Assembly (NCBI RefSeq): GCF_009914755.1
Contig: NC_060944.1
Strand: one strand, 5' to 3'
DNA length: 64,000 nt
Origin: the human T2T-CHM13v2.0 reference genome, Homo sapiens
The position numbers were made by a program, and so were the translations under genes. Below, one piece after another: positions 48,001 through 61,239 of this stretch. The notes below the pieces were generated by a model, which was not told the origin of the DNA, did not search any database, and saw only the letters and a list, made by a program, of their open reading frames with translations. Within the stretch, counting starts at the first letter, position 1, and each line of letters opens with the position of its first letter.

Positions 48001-48239
48001 TTATAGATACAGGATCATGCTATGTTGCTTAGGCTGGTCTTGAACTTCTGAGCTCAAGCAATCCTCCTGCCTTGGCCTCCTAAACTGCTGAGATTACAAG
48101 CATTAGCCACTGTGCCTGGCCAATATTTAAAAACCTATCATCATGCCTGACGCAAAGTAGATACTCAATAAATGTTGAGTAAAGTTACAGGCCACTTACT
48201 CTCTCTGAAAACTTCTCTCTTCTTCCGACTTTCCAAGAA

Positions 48240-48840
48240 GTGTACACCAATTCACATTCCCCCCAGTAGTGTGAAACAGTGCCTATTCCACTATCCTCAT
48301 GAACATTGGGTATTCTTAAATTTCTTCCCCTAATTTGTTAGGGAAAATTTGTATTTCCTTGTTGTTTTTATTGTTGATCTTTGGTTATTAGTGAAGTTGA
48401 ATGTTTTTTCAAAAAGTTTTTCAGTCAATTCCATTTCTTTTCCTGTAAACTCAATTCAGGTGACTTACACACACTTACCTGTTTTGCTTTTACTATTAAA
48501 GTTTTGGGTGTGTTCTTTTATACATTAAGAATCTGCAACCACTCTGCTTTTTGGTTGTTTGTGATATTACTTGACTTTGAAAATATTTAGTTTTAATGTA
48601 GTCAAATTGGTTGGCCTTTGCCTTCTTGATGTCATTTTGCTGCTTTTTAGCTTAAATGGGCTCCCTCATTCAGTCACTTGTTAAATATTCCTTTTCCCTC
48701 TGGTTTTTAATGGGCTCATTTTTCCTTTTGACCTTTGAAAATAATTTTTGAATTTGGGTGTGTGCTCTGAGGTGAAGTTGGAATGGACTTTTTCTCTTTT
48801 TAGTGAATCAACAGTTCATGCCTCAATTTTGGGTAACCCT
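48240..48840 (-). mobile_element. L1ME-type fragment
   Basis: tgtacaccaattcacattccccccagtagtgtg...ttttaatgtagtcaaat. Confidence 0.65.
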
Positions 48841-50028
48841 TTCCTTCTTGGCTCTGGCTCTGAGCTTAGCTATTCCCGGCTGATTACAGCATTTATGGTC
48901 CCAGCCTTCTCAGAGCACATACCACCTGAACAGGAACTGGAAGGCTACAGGAAGGTATGATTCCAGGCACAGTGACAGTGAAACACAGGGAGGTGTTTTA
49001 AGGGATGGGAGCAGAAAGCCTTTCTGGAAGCCTGACAGAAGAGTGTGTGGAAAGATGGATCACCTACTTTGCCAATGTGAATGGCTAAATCTAGCTGGCA
49101 TCCACCTGTCCTAGAGGCTTCCAATTCTGCAAGGAAACATTATTCGGGGTCACAAGAGACAAAATGCCCACCCCACTCCTCACCTACACCAACCTACCTG
49201 TATAGACTCTGCCAGCACATTTCACCATCAGCAGAAAAATCATCTCAGCCAGCTCCTGCCAAGTTCACCTTCTGGGGGCTGCAGCCATCATCACGATTCC
49301 TCCATGCTGCAAGATGAGTTCTTGACCCAGAACCTGGGGTCCCCATCCTCCTTGTTCAATTACTGCTCTAGGCACCAGGGTATCTGAGGGTAATGCTAGA
49401 GCTGGAAGGGAACTGTGGAATTATCTAATCCAACTACCTCATTTCACAGACGGGGAAACCAAGGCCCAGTGAGGGGAGGTGACCCACAGCCATCCAGCAA
49501 GTGAGTGGAAAGCATCCTTGCTGGGAAAACTCAGTGTGAGGACTTTGCCCGTCGAATCTTGACCACAAAAATATGTGGACCCTGGGTTCTAAAATAATTA
49601 CATGGTAAACTTGTATATTGTTCAGGAAAGTGGCATGGTGCGTAAAGAAGACAGTGAAGTCAGAGGAGTACAGGCCTATTTTTGCCAGTTCTTTCTGGAA
49701 GAACTGAAGTTTGTTCTCTCCTCTAAAAAATAGGGATAATCAAGAATCCAAGATGATAGAAGCAAACTCACCCAACAGACTGAGGGTAAGTCTACATAGG
49801 GTCCTCAAACCTCAAGACCCTAAATGGGTAATACCATGAGTATGTGAGGCCCGCCCCCACCGAAAAAAAAAAAAGAAAGAAAAAAAAAACCCTTGTAAAC
49901 TGTACAGAACTGTGCCCATAGGAGAGGTTGGTCATCCTAGTACTGGCCACCATGTAGGTGTCAATTCTCAATACTCCAGGCAGCCCAACTTAACTAGCCA
50001 AGGGTGGTTCCTGGCCTTCCTCTATCAT

Positions 50029-50356
<328 letters not shown>

Positions 50357-52656
50357 TAATGCTGGTATTTTTCCTCTTTGATCTAATTTCCCATTTCAGT
50401 TATTTCACCCCAGCAAATATTTATTGAGTACCTCCCAGTGATGGCTTGAGAACAGATGAGGTCACCTGCCGAGTGCTAAGCCTCCCAGGTTTGGGTGGGT
50501 GGGTCGTTGCATGCTTGCTATCCAAGGCTAAGCCCCTATCTGTCCATCTAGTGCCGTCCACTCCAGGCCACTTGGGACACAGGCCATCACTTATCCCTGT
50601 TCGCTGTTGGCCTTTCTCTTCTTGATGTCATTTCCTTGCTTTTCAGCTTAGAGAGGTCCTCCACGCAGATACTTAAAGATTTTATTAAACATTTTATTCC
50701 TTTCCTCCTGGTTTTTAATGGGCTCATATCTATTTGGCTATTAAAAATAGCCTCTCTCTTCCCTGGCCTCTTCCCCCTCTGAAAAATGATGTGTCCCAGA
50801 CTTCCAGTCCTATCTGAGCACCGGGAGCCTCCCTGGTGCCTTTGCCCCAGCTCCCTAACTGCAGGCAGCCCTCCACCTCCTTCTTCCCCTCATGACTACA
50901 GGGAAGACAAGGACAGTGGTGAAAGTGAGGCTCTGAAGGGCAACAGAATGGGACACAAATCCCAGCTCTGCCCCCCATCTTGGGAAAGTGCCTTCATCTT
51001 TTGAAGCTCTTCTGTATAGTGGGCAAAACCACGTCAACCCTAGGATGTTCTCTTAAGGTTTCAGGGAGATATTGTTGACAAAATGCTCATCAGGGCCTGA
51101 TCCAGAAAAGCACAGGCCAAATATTAGCTACATAAAAAAAGACCAGTCCAAACGGGTCACTTCCACTCATCCACCTCTTTCCCTTCATAGTTGGAAGAGG
51201 TGACCTGTTCCTCTCATCTCCACTTCTTCCTCTTATTCTCTTCTCTTCCCATGGTGATGTGATGTCTGTCTCTATTGCTCTGCCAACCCCAAGATGGATG
51301 ACAAGACCTCCTAACTGACCAACCCAACTGCCTCTTCTTGGTCGTCTTGCTGGTACTGCTTACCACTGGAGGCTTCATATTCCTTCTCAAAACCCCTCCC
51401 TCCACACCTTCTCCCTGGGCAATCTCCTGGAATCTCAAGTGAAAGGGGCCATCTCTTCCGGGAGGACAGGTGGGCTCCTCTGGCTGGGCACCTGCAGAAG
51501 CAGAGCAGGAACACCTAGGGGTAGGGAACCAGGCTGTGAAATGCTCTGCTCCATTAACAGAGAGAATGCCATCCTCTAGGCAATAGGGAAGGACGAAGTT
51601 AAGCCAAGAGCCACAGAACATGACCTAAGCTGGTAAAGATGGCCAATGGTGGCCATTTGGTTGATGGGTTGAAAGAGACAAGATTGAAAGCAGAGAGACA
51701 TCTGGTGCAACTGTTCAGCAAGAGATGATCTGAATTAAAAGAAGGAGATGGATACAGGAAAGATCAAGGGACCGGAGAGACAGGACTAGAGGTGCAGTGG
51801 TGTCATCACGACCAGGGATCGGGAGGCCCAATCCAATCTTGCTGGTTTTGGACATCACTCATACTGCACACCCAGACTGTTAGGAGGGCACAGCTGCCAG
51901 GGCTATTAGTCACAGTAGCTGTGGTGTGTGCTATGTGCCTGTGGTCCCCAGTTCCTGTCAGTACAAAATGGAACCATATGGCGTTCATAAAAATGGCTCT
52001 GAGGGTGGAAAGAAGAACTGGATCCTATTTGGCCAGTAAGTAAAAACAAACAAAACCAAAAGCCAACCACCAAAAAGCAGCCCCCCAAATGGCCCACCCC
52101 ATCTGTGAATAGTAGTCTAACCCCCACAGTATTGTAGCTGGAGTCTGGGGGTTGGACTGAGGACAGTTTTTCCCTGGAATGGTCTGAGGGAATAGGATGA
52201 AAGGACTTAAATCCCGGTGATGGGCTCATATGGGTGTGTGTGGCAGTGGGGCCCGGCTGCAGGGAGTTCTCAGACTGTCTAAAGAGGACACTCATGATCT
52301 AGGAGGGGAAGAGGAGATGGAAATGGGAAAATGAGCAAGGCAGAGGACCATCTAAGATGTGATCAGAGTTCAGGAATCAAGGGCCAGCCTGGCCTAGCTG
52401 TGAACTCTTGGGCAAGTCAAGAAACCTCTCAGCAGAGCTTCGGTCAACTCTCTGTGAAACAGTAGTTCACGATCTGCACTCCTGCAAGCTCACCTGCCTG
52501 CCAGCCTATGGGGAGGAATTCATAAAAGCGGGAAAGCTGGGGAAGTCCCATATGCAGGGTTAGGGGGTGGGAAAGGTAGAGGGAGGGAAGAAGAGGGAAT
52601 CCCCTTGGCTTACAAGTGACCCAGGAGTCCACCTACATCCAGACCTTACAGGGTGT

Positions 52657-52670
52657 CTACCACCTGGTGG
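52657..52670 (-). promoter_or_regulatory. Candidate CTCF site
   Basis: CCACCAGGTGGTAG on minus strand, one mismatch to CCACCAGGTGGCAG. Confidence 0.4.
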
Positions 52671-55600
52671 GGCTACTCCTAAACCACATGTGAGCTGCTG
52701 CCACAGCGAGGATGCCAGGCTGGGCAGTCTTTTATAAGGTTCTTCTCGCATATCTTTGTTCACAATACTAGTCTGGAGGCTGGAAAATAATCTCTGTCAC
52801 TTCAGAGTTGCCAAGAGATTTGGGAGGCAAACAGAGTTCCTTTCCTTCTAGGAAAGACTGGGCCACCCAATTACTTAGGGACTCTTAGCAATTGATTGAA
52901 CCACCTATTCATCTAGCCACCAGGTCAGCCAACCAGCAGGTACTATGCCAGGCCTGGTCAGGTAAATTCTGTGCTTGGTCAAGGAACAAAGACTAAGCCC
53001 CTTATCTTCAAGGGTTGTGCAGGGCCTTGATGACCAAGCCAAGGGATTGGGCCCATAAACAATATGGAATTACTGAAGGGCTTTGTCTGTCTTTCCTGCC
53101 TCATAGACACTTCCATGTCTTCTTTGGCTCTAAGCTAAGATCCTTGACAGTTCTGCACCCAAGAGACTTCAAGTTTATTTTTTAATGCAAAAGATCCTTT
53201 GATTAAACACTTGATTGTCTTAATATACTTTCTTTCAACCACTGTCTCTAAGACTAAAATAACAAGGAGATAAATGTCACTGATGTTTCACAGAAGACAG
53301 CTTTGGAAATGTTAAAGATATCTTGGTCCAGCCCCCTCCTTGACTTATAAATGGGGAAACAGAGGCCTAGAGAACAGTAAGGAGAGCAAAGCCACATGGA
53401 AAATGGATGGGAATCAGTCCCAGGGCCTTAGCACCTGCCTGCCTGCCCCCTCCTTGGAGGGTCACCACTACCAGTGTGGGGCAGGAGGCTGGCAGAGGGT
53501 TTGGCTTTGGAAAAGGTGTTGAGCTGTCCAAGTACAGGCTCCACACAAGCTGCTCAGGAAAAGTACTGAGAGGCCAGAACCACCCAGAAGATTAGTCTTT
53601 GAAGAAGACTCATATCTGACCCTTTGGGATATTTGACAAAGCACTCTCAAACATATGCTTCCTCTGGTTCCTCGTTGGGAGGAGGCTGGACAGACAGGGG
53701 TTACTCTCCAAGAGAGGGAAATCCATGGAGGGTTGCTGGGTAAAATGGTGGCTAAGTAGGGGCTCAAACTGAGGACTTTGGTCTCCCAGAAAGAAAGCTA
53801 CACCTTGGTGTTTTCCTTTTCAGGATACTGCCTTTGCAGAGAAGGTAAAAAATAATTAATGGACTTCACACAGAGGTACTGAGATATGGTCTCCCAAATA
53901 ATCTCTACCTAACTCCACTAAAGCCCTAATAACATGGTATTATCTACCCACAAGAATGACTCTGCCCTCCCTCCTGCTGATCTGAGCTCCTCAAGGAGGG
54001 CACAGTCATTCTGCACCAGCTTCTCAGAGCTTGGAAAAGAGCCTGGCAAATGCTCCTCAAATGAATGAATGAGAGGGAGAGCTGGGGGATCAGATCACAT
54101 CCCTAACAGGCTGGAGCTTAGTAAAGGCCAGTGGCAGGGAGCCATAAAACAGAGGAAATAACATTTACGGAGACTGTGCCTTGGGGCCGATGCTGTAGTG
54201 GTGGTGTGTTCTCTATGAGACAGGTGAGGTATAGTCACAAAGGCAGGGCGTAAGCGCTGGGACTCTCTCAAGCCTTGCATCAAGGTTCTTCAGTCCTTAA
54301 AGTCTATCTCTGCCCAGCCTCTGAGTCCCTTTTCCAGGATCCCAAAGGGAGACCCAAGGCTTCTGTCTGAAGCCTTCAGTTGCTGCTTAGGCAGGTTCTC
54401 TTCTTCACCTCAAGCCTGCCTAACAATAGAAGTTTTTCTCAACATACTTCATTCTCCCCTTGAAGCCTGGCAGATCAAACTGTGTTCTTCCTGGGACTTT
54501 CAGGAAGATACTGGGGAGGGAGGGTTGCTGGGCTGAGACAGGCCAAGCTCCCTAGGCAGGACCATCTTCCATCAGGGAGAGCACTTCTTCAGTCATTCCT
54601 CTTTTCAGAACAGTGGCCCTTTCACACATTTTGGTGCGTTGGGGAGTGAACTTTGCATTGGATGGTAGAAGACAGGGTTCTGGCTCTGCCCACCAAATGG
54701 ACACAGGTGACAGCCCTTCTCTGGCCTCCTTTCCTGCAGCTATTCAATAGGAGTTGGCTTTCCTTCTATCATCTTTCACTGCTTCCTTCTCCCCAGCCTA
54801 CCTTTTCTCCTGTGTCCCTGCCTCACCCACACTCACTCCTTATGTCTACTTCTCCCCATTCCCAGTCATCTAGAGAAGCCAGTAGCCTTCTCCATGGCCC
54901 TGCTACTGTCACCACTCAAATGCTGTCCTGTTTCTTGCCGACAGAATCCCATCTCAAAGGCTGTTCTGACTGGGTTACTCCCCAACTCCCATCAGATCCT
55001 CGTTTGTGATGGTTCCCAGTTGGATGGAAATGAAGAGTTCTTAGGGCTGAGTTTAGGGGCCTGCCAATAGCATTTCAGCTTTAGATTTCCTTAGTATCTC
55101 CCAACAATTTGCTAGCTTTAGATAGACTGACCTCTTTATCCCAAAAAGCCTTTTTGGGTTCTGATTCTAGGGCAGCCAGATAGTGGTGGTCCTTCATTTT
55201 ACTTTCATCCCAGTCTCTTTATCTGTAAGCAGAGATGCTTGATTAGATGGTAAAATAATAATAACATCTCATTCATTACTTCACTGCTCAAACCTTTATA
55301 TTTGTTCTTCAGGTCTCCACCTGAAAGTCAATCCTTCCAGGCCTACATTGGGTCCCCTCTTAGACCTTCTCTTCTAGCAGCTGACACAGTCCACGGTTGT
55401 GTATCGCTGGCATTATCTGCTCAATGTTGTGCCCTTTCCCATTAGCCTGGAGGGCTCCCTAATGGCAGGAACTGTCCACCCTGTAGTCTCAAGGCCTATT
55501 CCTGCATGGGATTCTGCCAAATACCAGCCAAATGACTGACAATGCAGGCCCCCTTGGGAGACAAGAGGAGCCCATGAACTCAGTCGCTACAGAAGGGGAA

Positions 55601-56569
55601 GTCTGCGTAACACTAGCAGTAGCACTCAACAGAAGGCTGAGTGAAATGCTCCAGTCAAGTAGATCCCCAGGGAGAAGAAATCCAGGGAAGCTTCCTGACA
55701 GAGGAAATACCTGGGCTCACATGGTACACTGACTAAAGCATAAAGCCCATGCCATCCTGAAAGTGCACTGCCACCTACTCAGAGCCCAGCTAACATCCTC
55801 AAATGGGTCCAGGAAGACCCTAGATCTTGGGAGAAAGAACTCCCAGGATATTAGGACTAGAAAAACTGTCTGCTCCAAAGACCACATTTTACCTCTCTGG
55901 AAACTGGGGCCCACAGCAGGGTAAGAACCAGTTCCTAAAGAAGCCCAGACCTAGGCCTTATGGTGTCTTGTGGTCACTAGGTACCATGTGGGCAACCGTT
56001 TCACACTGAGCCACAGTGACCAATGTAATTGTGTGTTTTTCTAAGGCCTGCTGCCCCTACTCTTTTCCAGAAAAGGTATCTACTTTTCATTTTCCTAAAA
56101 GGCAGTTCAGGAAGAGGGGGTGGTTGCCTGGCAAGGTAGGAAGCACTGTGGGGTGACAGAATGCTGATTTGGCAGTCACTTTGGGAAGGGGTGGGCTGCA
56201 GGCTCCCTGCTGGAAAGGGCCACAAATCTTTCAGAGGGAGGCCTGTTTGTGACTCTTAAGCGGGCTTGACCTAAAACAGAAAGCTGCTTTCCGAGGGAGA
56301 GCAAAATAAGCAATAATCTTGGCTTCATTTATCATCCAGGTGTCGCCACAGGAGAGTAGGGACACAAAAGCCTTTTTTTTGTTTGTTTTGTTTTTGGAAT
56401 TTGCAATTGTCTATTTTGTTAAGTCTTCCCACTAGGCTACAATCATGAGCTCCTGAAGAGTCAGGTCTGAGTCTTGCCCCTGAAATCCCCAGCAAGCCTA
56501 GTACAGGGTCTCAATGTTTGTTGAACAAACCATCCTTTCCAGGTATGACTCCTCAGCTTGTCAAGACTT

Positions 56570-56850
56570 TGCAGAACCACGAAATCTATCCAGAAACACA
56601 GAAAAGAAGAATTCAGAGATAAAAGCATAAAAGAATCAGGTAAGAAAATTACCCAGCAGATATGATCGATAAAAGTTTGGTTCTTTGAAAATACCTCTAA
56701 AATAGACAAATCTTTGGCAAGTTTTGAATGAAAAAAGGAATAAAGTGACAATGGGGAGACTTAAGTGAACAGGAGAAAACCATACTCAATTTTATAGCAA
56801 CAAATTTAAAGCCTAGGTAGAACAGGTGATCTTCTATGAAATTACCAAAG
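56570..56850 (+). mobile_element. L1 ORF2 remnant
   Basis: aaaagtttggttctttgaaaata...aaaatagacaaatctttggcaag. Confidence 0.7.
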
Positions 56851-57526
56851 CCCTTCACGACTGTGACTCAATAAAACCTCACGACAGCCCTGTGCCTTGG
56901 ACAGGCAGTATTCCTACCATGCTTTCTAGAAGAAGGAGATTCAGAGGTGAATACTCAGCACAGGACCTGACAAACTAGCCTACACTGTCTCAAAGGTCAT
57001 GGCCATGGGAGCACGTGCATACCTACAACATGGAACCACACCACTCTCGGCACTTCCAGCCATCACCTTACATCCGGCTGGTTGGACAGCCAGTCTTATT
57101 TATTTTTCCACTTGAAATGCCATAAGGGGTTTCACTATTTTTACTTCAAAAGCAGCACCATAAAAATCCTTGATGATTAGAGCTCCAGCTGTCTTAAGTT
57201 GTTTGTCAAGGGATCGGTTACTCAAATCTCCTATGGAGGGAAACAATTTCAGGCAAGAAGCCATGGGAGCTGAGAAACGCAAATGTCTCATCTCTGAAAA
57301 CTTTCAGACTCCCTCCTGTTCACCGCCTGTCCTGCCCCCTGCTCCCCCTCCCCCATCCCCACCATCTGCTCTCCAGAAAGCAGATCAAATTTTCAGGCTA
57401 AGGTACTCTGGCGCCAAAGACTCAGCCCCTCCATGCTTCCCCCTGCCCCCCACCAACTCCGAAATCCAACACCACGACCCAAATGGACTGCAGCCACATA
57501 AAACCACAAAGTAAAGTTTATAAAGC

Positions 57527-57532
57527 TTTATT
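57527..57532 (-). terminator. BLCAP polyadenylation signal AATAAA
   Basis: TTTATT on plus strand; GU/U-rich element (tttgtggttttatgtgg on minus) lies just downstream. Confidence 0.8.
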
Positions 57533-59005
57533 AAACATTTCAAACAGCTGTGCAACGAACACACCAAATAAAAGCTCTAGAATAGCAGTCCAGACGTTTC
57601 ACAAGTATGGCCTCACAGTCCCATTCCCTAGATGGACTGCCTCCAGTTCTGTTCTCTGCCTGGCCCATCTCTCTTTCCCCTCAGGCAAGAGAGAGATGGA
57701 TGGATCAGACTGAAAGGACAGGCATGCTGATCTCCAGCAGGCAGGGGCCAGGAGAAAGTCTCGTTTGCCAACACTTGTTACTGAAGCGCAGAAAAAGCAG
57801 CAAGTGACAGTCACAAAGTCTTCCTGGGTATTCTTCATAACGTACAGTCTATATGCGCAGGAACGAAGAAGCTCCTGGCGGGAGGATGATGGCCACTGCT
57901 CCCCTCTGTCTTGTCTGAACCACCTCGGAGTCCAGTGTGCTGGTCACTCTGCAATCCCCATGCTAAATAAAAACTGTAGCGGCACCTACCATATATAGCT
58001 AGCTATTGCTAAACCTCAAAATCAGACCACGTTCGATAAAGCTTCTTTAAAAGGAATATACACATGTATTTGTACACACACACACACAGGGCACACCAAA
58101 AAATATCCAAACATCTATCAAGGGGATCAAGGCCGTTACGAAACACACAGGTACTCTCCCACTCACTCAGCTGGGGACTGCTAGAACTACGTGAACACAC
58201 CATACTTCAATGCTGCAGAGCATGCACGGGAGACACAATGAGGCCCCCTCCTTGGGACAGTTGAGAAAGGCAGGAGGAAGGGCAAAGGAAGTGAGGCTGG
58301 GCGGGAAAGCTTGAGCCCAGACACCCAGGTGAAAGAGCAACATCTATCTGTTGCTTCCTTTCTTAAAAATGAAGTGGAGAAAATACTGAAGATTTGTGGA
58401 CAACTAACAGTCAAGACATGTTTCTGTCTAGCCTGCTGAACAAGGAAAGAAGGATGAAAAAGCGAGGCTCTCGGGCGTCAGCAATCTCTTCAAATTCGAG
58501 ATAAGTGCAAAAATGAGCCCTGTCTTGGACAGGTACTCCCCAAAAAAGGAAAAGGGTAGAAGAGAAATAAAGGGAAACCAGAAGAGGGACTGAGGAGTCA
58601 GTAACATTCTGGGAAGGAAGGAGACCCTGACAAGGAGGGGTCACAGAGGTGACAATGAGACTGGCATTTTATCTGCCCCAGGTCACATTGGGGCAGCTGA
58701 CCAGGATGGACCCAGACTCCTCACAGTAATGAGGCGAGAGGGGTGGTCATGCGGCCAGCCAGGACCTAGATGGGGACAGAACACACACAACCACAAGACC
58801 ACCCACGACTATAGGACTTTACAATAAAAGCACCGGTCAGTGCCATTATTCACATTGTAAGGATAAAACATCACAGGCCAAAAAGGCGCCGTCAGGAATG
58901 TGACACCCGCGAGGCTGCGGGATTTGAAACTCCAATGCTTTATGACCTATGTCAATGCCTCCCCTCCCGTCTTCTGCTTCCTTGGAAAGCTAACAGGGCA
59001 GGCCG

Positions 59006-59269
59006 TTAGGTGCCCACAACGCCGGGATCATGCGCCGATTCTGGAAGCGGGGAATCGGAGCAGTGGTACAGGAAACAGTTTCCCCAGCAGCTATAGCAGA
59101 TAAGGAACAGGGCTGCCAGGAAAACCAAGGCACAAATTGTGCAAGGCTTCCGTTCCAGGAGGAAGCTGAGCAGGTAGAAGCCCATGAACATGGAGTGGCT
59201 GAACCACAGGGCGGGGTTGAGGGGCTTGGGGATGAGGAGGACGGGCAGCAGCCACTGGAGGCAATACAT
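59006..59269 (-). CDS. BLCAP: Bladder cancer-associated protein (BC10), 87 aa, single coding exon
   Basis: [90 protein letters not shown] is recognisable as BLCAP; two hydrophobic segments; ATG at 59269-59267. Confidence 0.98.
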   Translation of the reverse strand: MYCLQWLLPVLLIPKPLNPALWFSHSMFMGFYLLSFLLERKPCTICALVFLAALFLICYSCWGNCFLYHCSDSPLPESAHDPGVVGT

Positions 59270-59445
59270 GATCTCTGCCGGGCAGGGCCTTCACCAAGGC
59301 TGCCGGGCACCGCTGCAGGAACCGACCTAATGGGAGCCAGCGGGCGCAGGCGGCTGCCCTCCGCTTTCTTCAACCCTCACTCTCCAGGAGCTGAGCCGCT
59401 GTGCTCTCTGGCTGTCAGCCCGGGATCACCAAGGCAGCAGGGATC

Positions 59446-59501
59446 CTGAAGAGAAAAGTCAACACAACAGACAAACAGACAAAGAACAGACAGACAGACA
59501 A

Positions 59502-59533
<32 letters not shown>

Positions 59534-59545
59534 AACAGGAACAGA
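59446..59545 (-). other. BLCAP 3' splice site with long poly-T and (TGTC)n pyrimidine-rich tract
   Basis: Plus strand reads ctgaagagaaaagtcaacacaacagacaaacagac... followed by an A-run of ~35 nt. Confidence 0.85.
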
Positions 59546-59749
59546 ATGTATACTTATTTGGGAAAATGGATCATGGTTAACAACAGCAAATGTGAAATGC
59601 CCTTTCCTCCCTGCCCACCCGTGAAAGTTCTACTCCTCTCCAAGTCACTAATTCGGGAAGCTTCCTGGGATGTCTCCCCGGGGCTTCTCCTGGGGGATCG
59701 GGGAGAGGGCTCTTTGGCACGGTTTCACACAGTGGGCTGGCTTTGCCTG

Positions 59750-59841
59750 GGCCCTGCCCAGCAGAGATCATGTATCGCCTCCTGGGGCTGCAGCCCGTCC
59801 TCAAGGGGCCCAGACCTCACAATACCGCCCAGTGGTTGCCA
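59750..59841 (-). promoter_or_regulatory. Editing complementary sequence (ECS) for BLCAP A-to-I recoding
   Basis: Inverted repeat of 59196-59289; core 59750-59802 matches 59237-59289 at 48/53; BLCAP Y2C/Q5R/K15R editing is established. Confidence 0.9.
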
Positions 59842-61239
59842 AAGGACGACCAAGGGCTCCCTGCTGTGCCCCCACGTGGTAAGGACAGGGTTCTGTATCT
59901 AGCATCTCTCACAGCCATAGGTGCTCAGGCACTAAGTGCAGAGTTAAAGCTGTTAGCGGGGCACTGCCGGCCACCAGACCACAGGCAAAGGATCCTGAGG
60001 CAGCTACAGCCTCGAAATATTTTAAGATGGCAGCCTAGGCTAAGCTTGCCTTTTTCAAACAGCCCAGCGTCACTTTGCCAGAATCTGCCAACTTCTCCGA
60101 AAGTCAATGTAGAAAAAAAGTCACTATGCTACTTTGTCCAAACTGAACTCGTTTGGATCATTACACCTCCATCTGCTGCTGGCACTGTACAGAACCTGAC
60201 CTCTGGGAGCTTTTAATGAAAATTAATTTTCTATCCACATAGGGGCAAATGCCAGTTGGTCCCTGGGCCAGGCAGCTTGCTGGAAAGAGGTGCTTTCGGC
60301 TGGCTACCGGTGCGCGGGGACCACACTCACAAACCGCATTCCGGTCTTCCCGCCCGAAAATCCGCGCTGTGCGAGGGACCCACAAGACTGGCGGTCTAAA
60401 AGGGACCCGCCTCACTTGGAAACGGGGCTGCGGTAGCCACAACCCTCCGGTAGCGGTAGCGTAACCCCGTTCGGTGATCCAGCCGCACAGCGCAACGGGT
60501 ACAAAGAACCCCACTGGCTAAGGCCGACCTACCAGGGCTTGGGGGAGGGGAGCGGAAGACTGAGGTCGAAACGACCTGTCCAGCAGAAAACTATCCCCAA
60601 GCATATTCCAACCACTTCTCCGTAGAGCTCATTCCTTCCGTGCATACGAAGGGCGCCAATCCTTCCTGTATCCCTCCCACAGATACCGGGTGACTACTGC
60701 TTTTGCGCCCAAAGCGCAGTGCTCTGGCTCAGCTCCCTACAGTAGCGACCTCCACCGCAGATTCTCATCTCCTCGCTACCGTAAGAGAGATGTAAAGAAT
60801 CAGACGGGTTACGCGCTCAGGCACCCTCATGAAGCAGAGGACCTGGGCTTAAAACTCATTCAGTATTAGGAAAAGAGCGCCGAGCACGGGCCTATTATGC
60901 CAAAGCTTCTGAAAGGGGCACCACGTTTTTTGCTCTATGGGGCAGATGACCCCTCCCTAATTTCGGTTTTCCATCCATCCCCAAGGTAGGCTTTGGAGTG
61001 GCACCGGAGACTGAGCTCAAATTTGCAGGCCAGGGACTGGGGAGAAGGGCGCCACACTAAGAGACCTGCACCCCCATTCTCGCCCTGTACTCTACCCAGA
61101 GTCGTGGTACCCCTCCATTTTAAAGCAAAATCCAAAAGCAAGCACGGCGGAATCTTCTGGAAGGGGGCTAAGATGGAACTCAGGAGGCGGGGGTCGGTAT
61201 GGAAAGAGCAGATGGATTATTTTTTTCCTCTCCTGGCGA

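Larger units (their letters stand above)
57510..59445 (-). other. BLCAP: BLCAP terminal exon (5' UTR part, CDS, ~1.5 kb 3' UTR); upstream exons not identified
   Basis: Acceptor ...ttttctcttcag|GATCCC on minus strand (AG at 59447-59446); no ATG between acceptor and CDS start; 3' end estimated from poly(A) signal. Confidence 0.85.

Noticed and set aside
60860-60935. Possible REST/NRSE site upstream of NNAT (ggcaccacg)
   Set aside because: Only a partial half-site match to TTCAGCACCACGGACAG; not supportable from sequence alone
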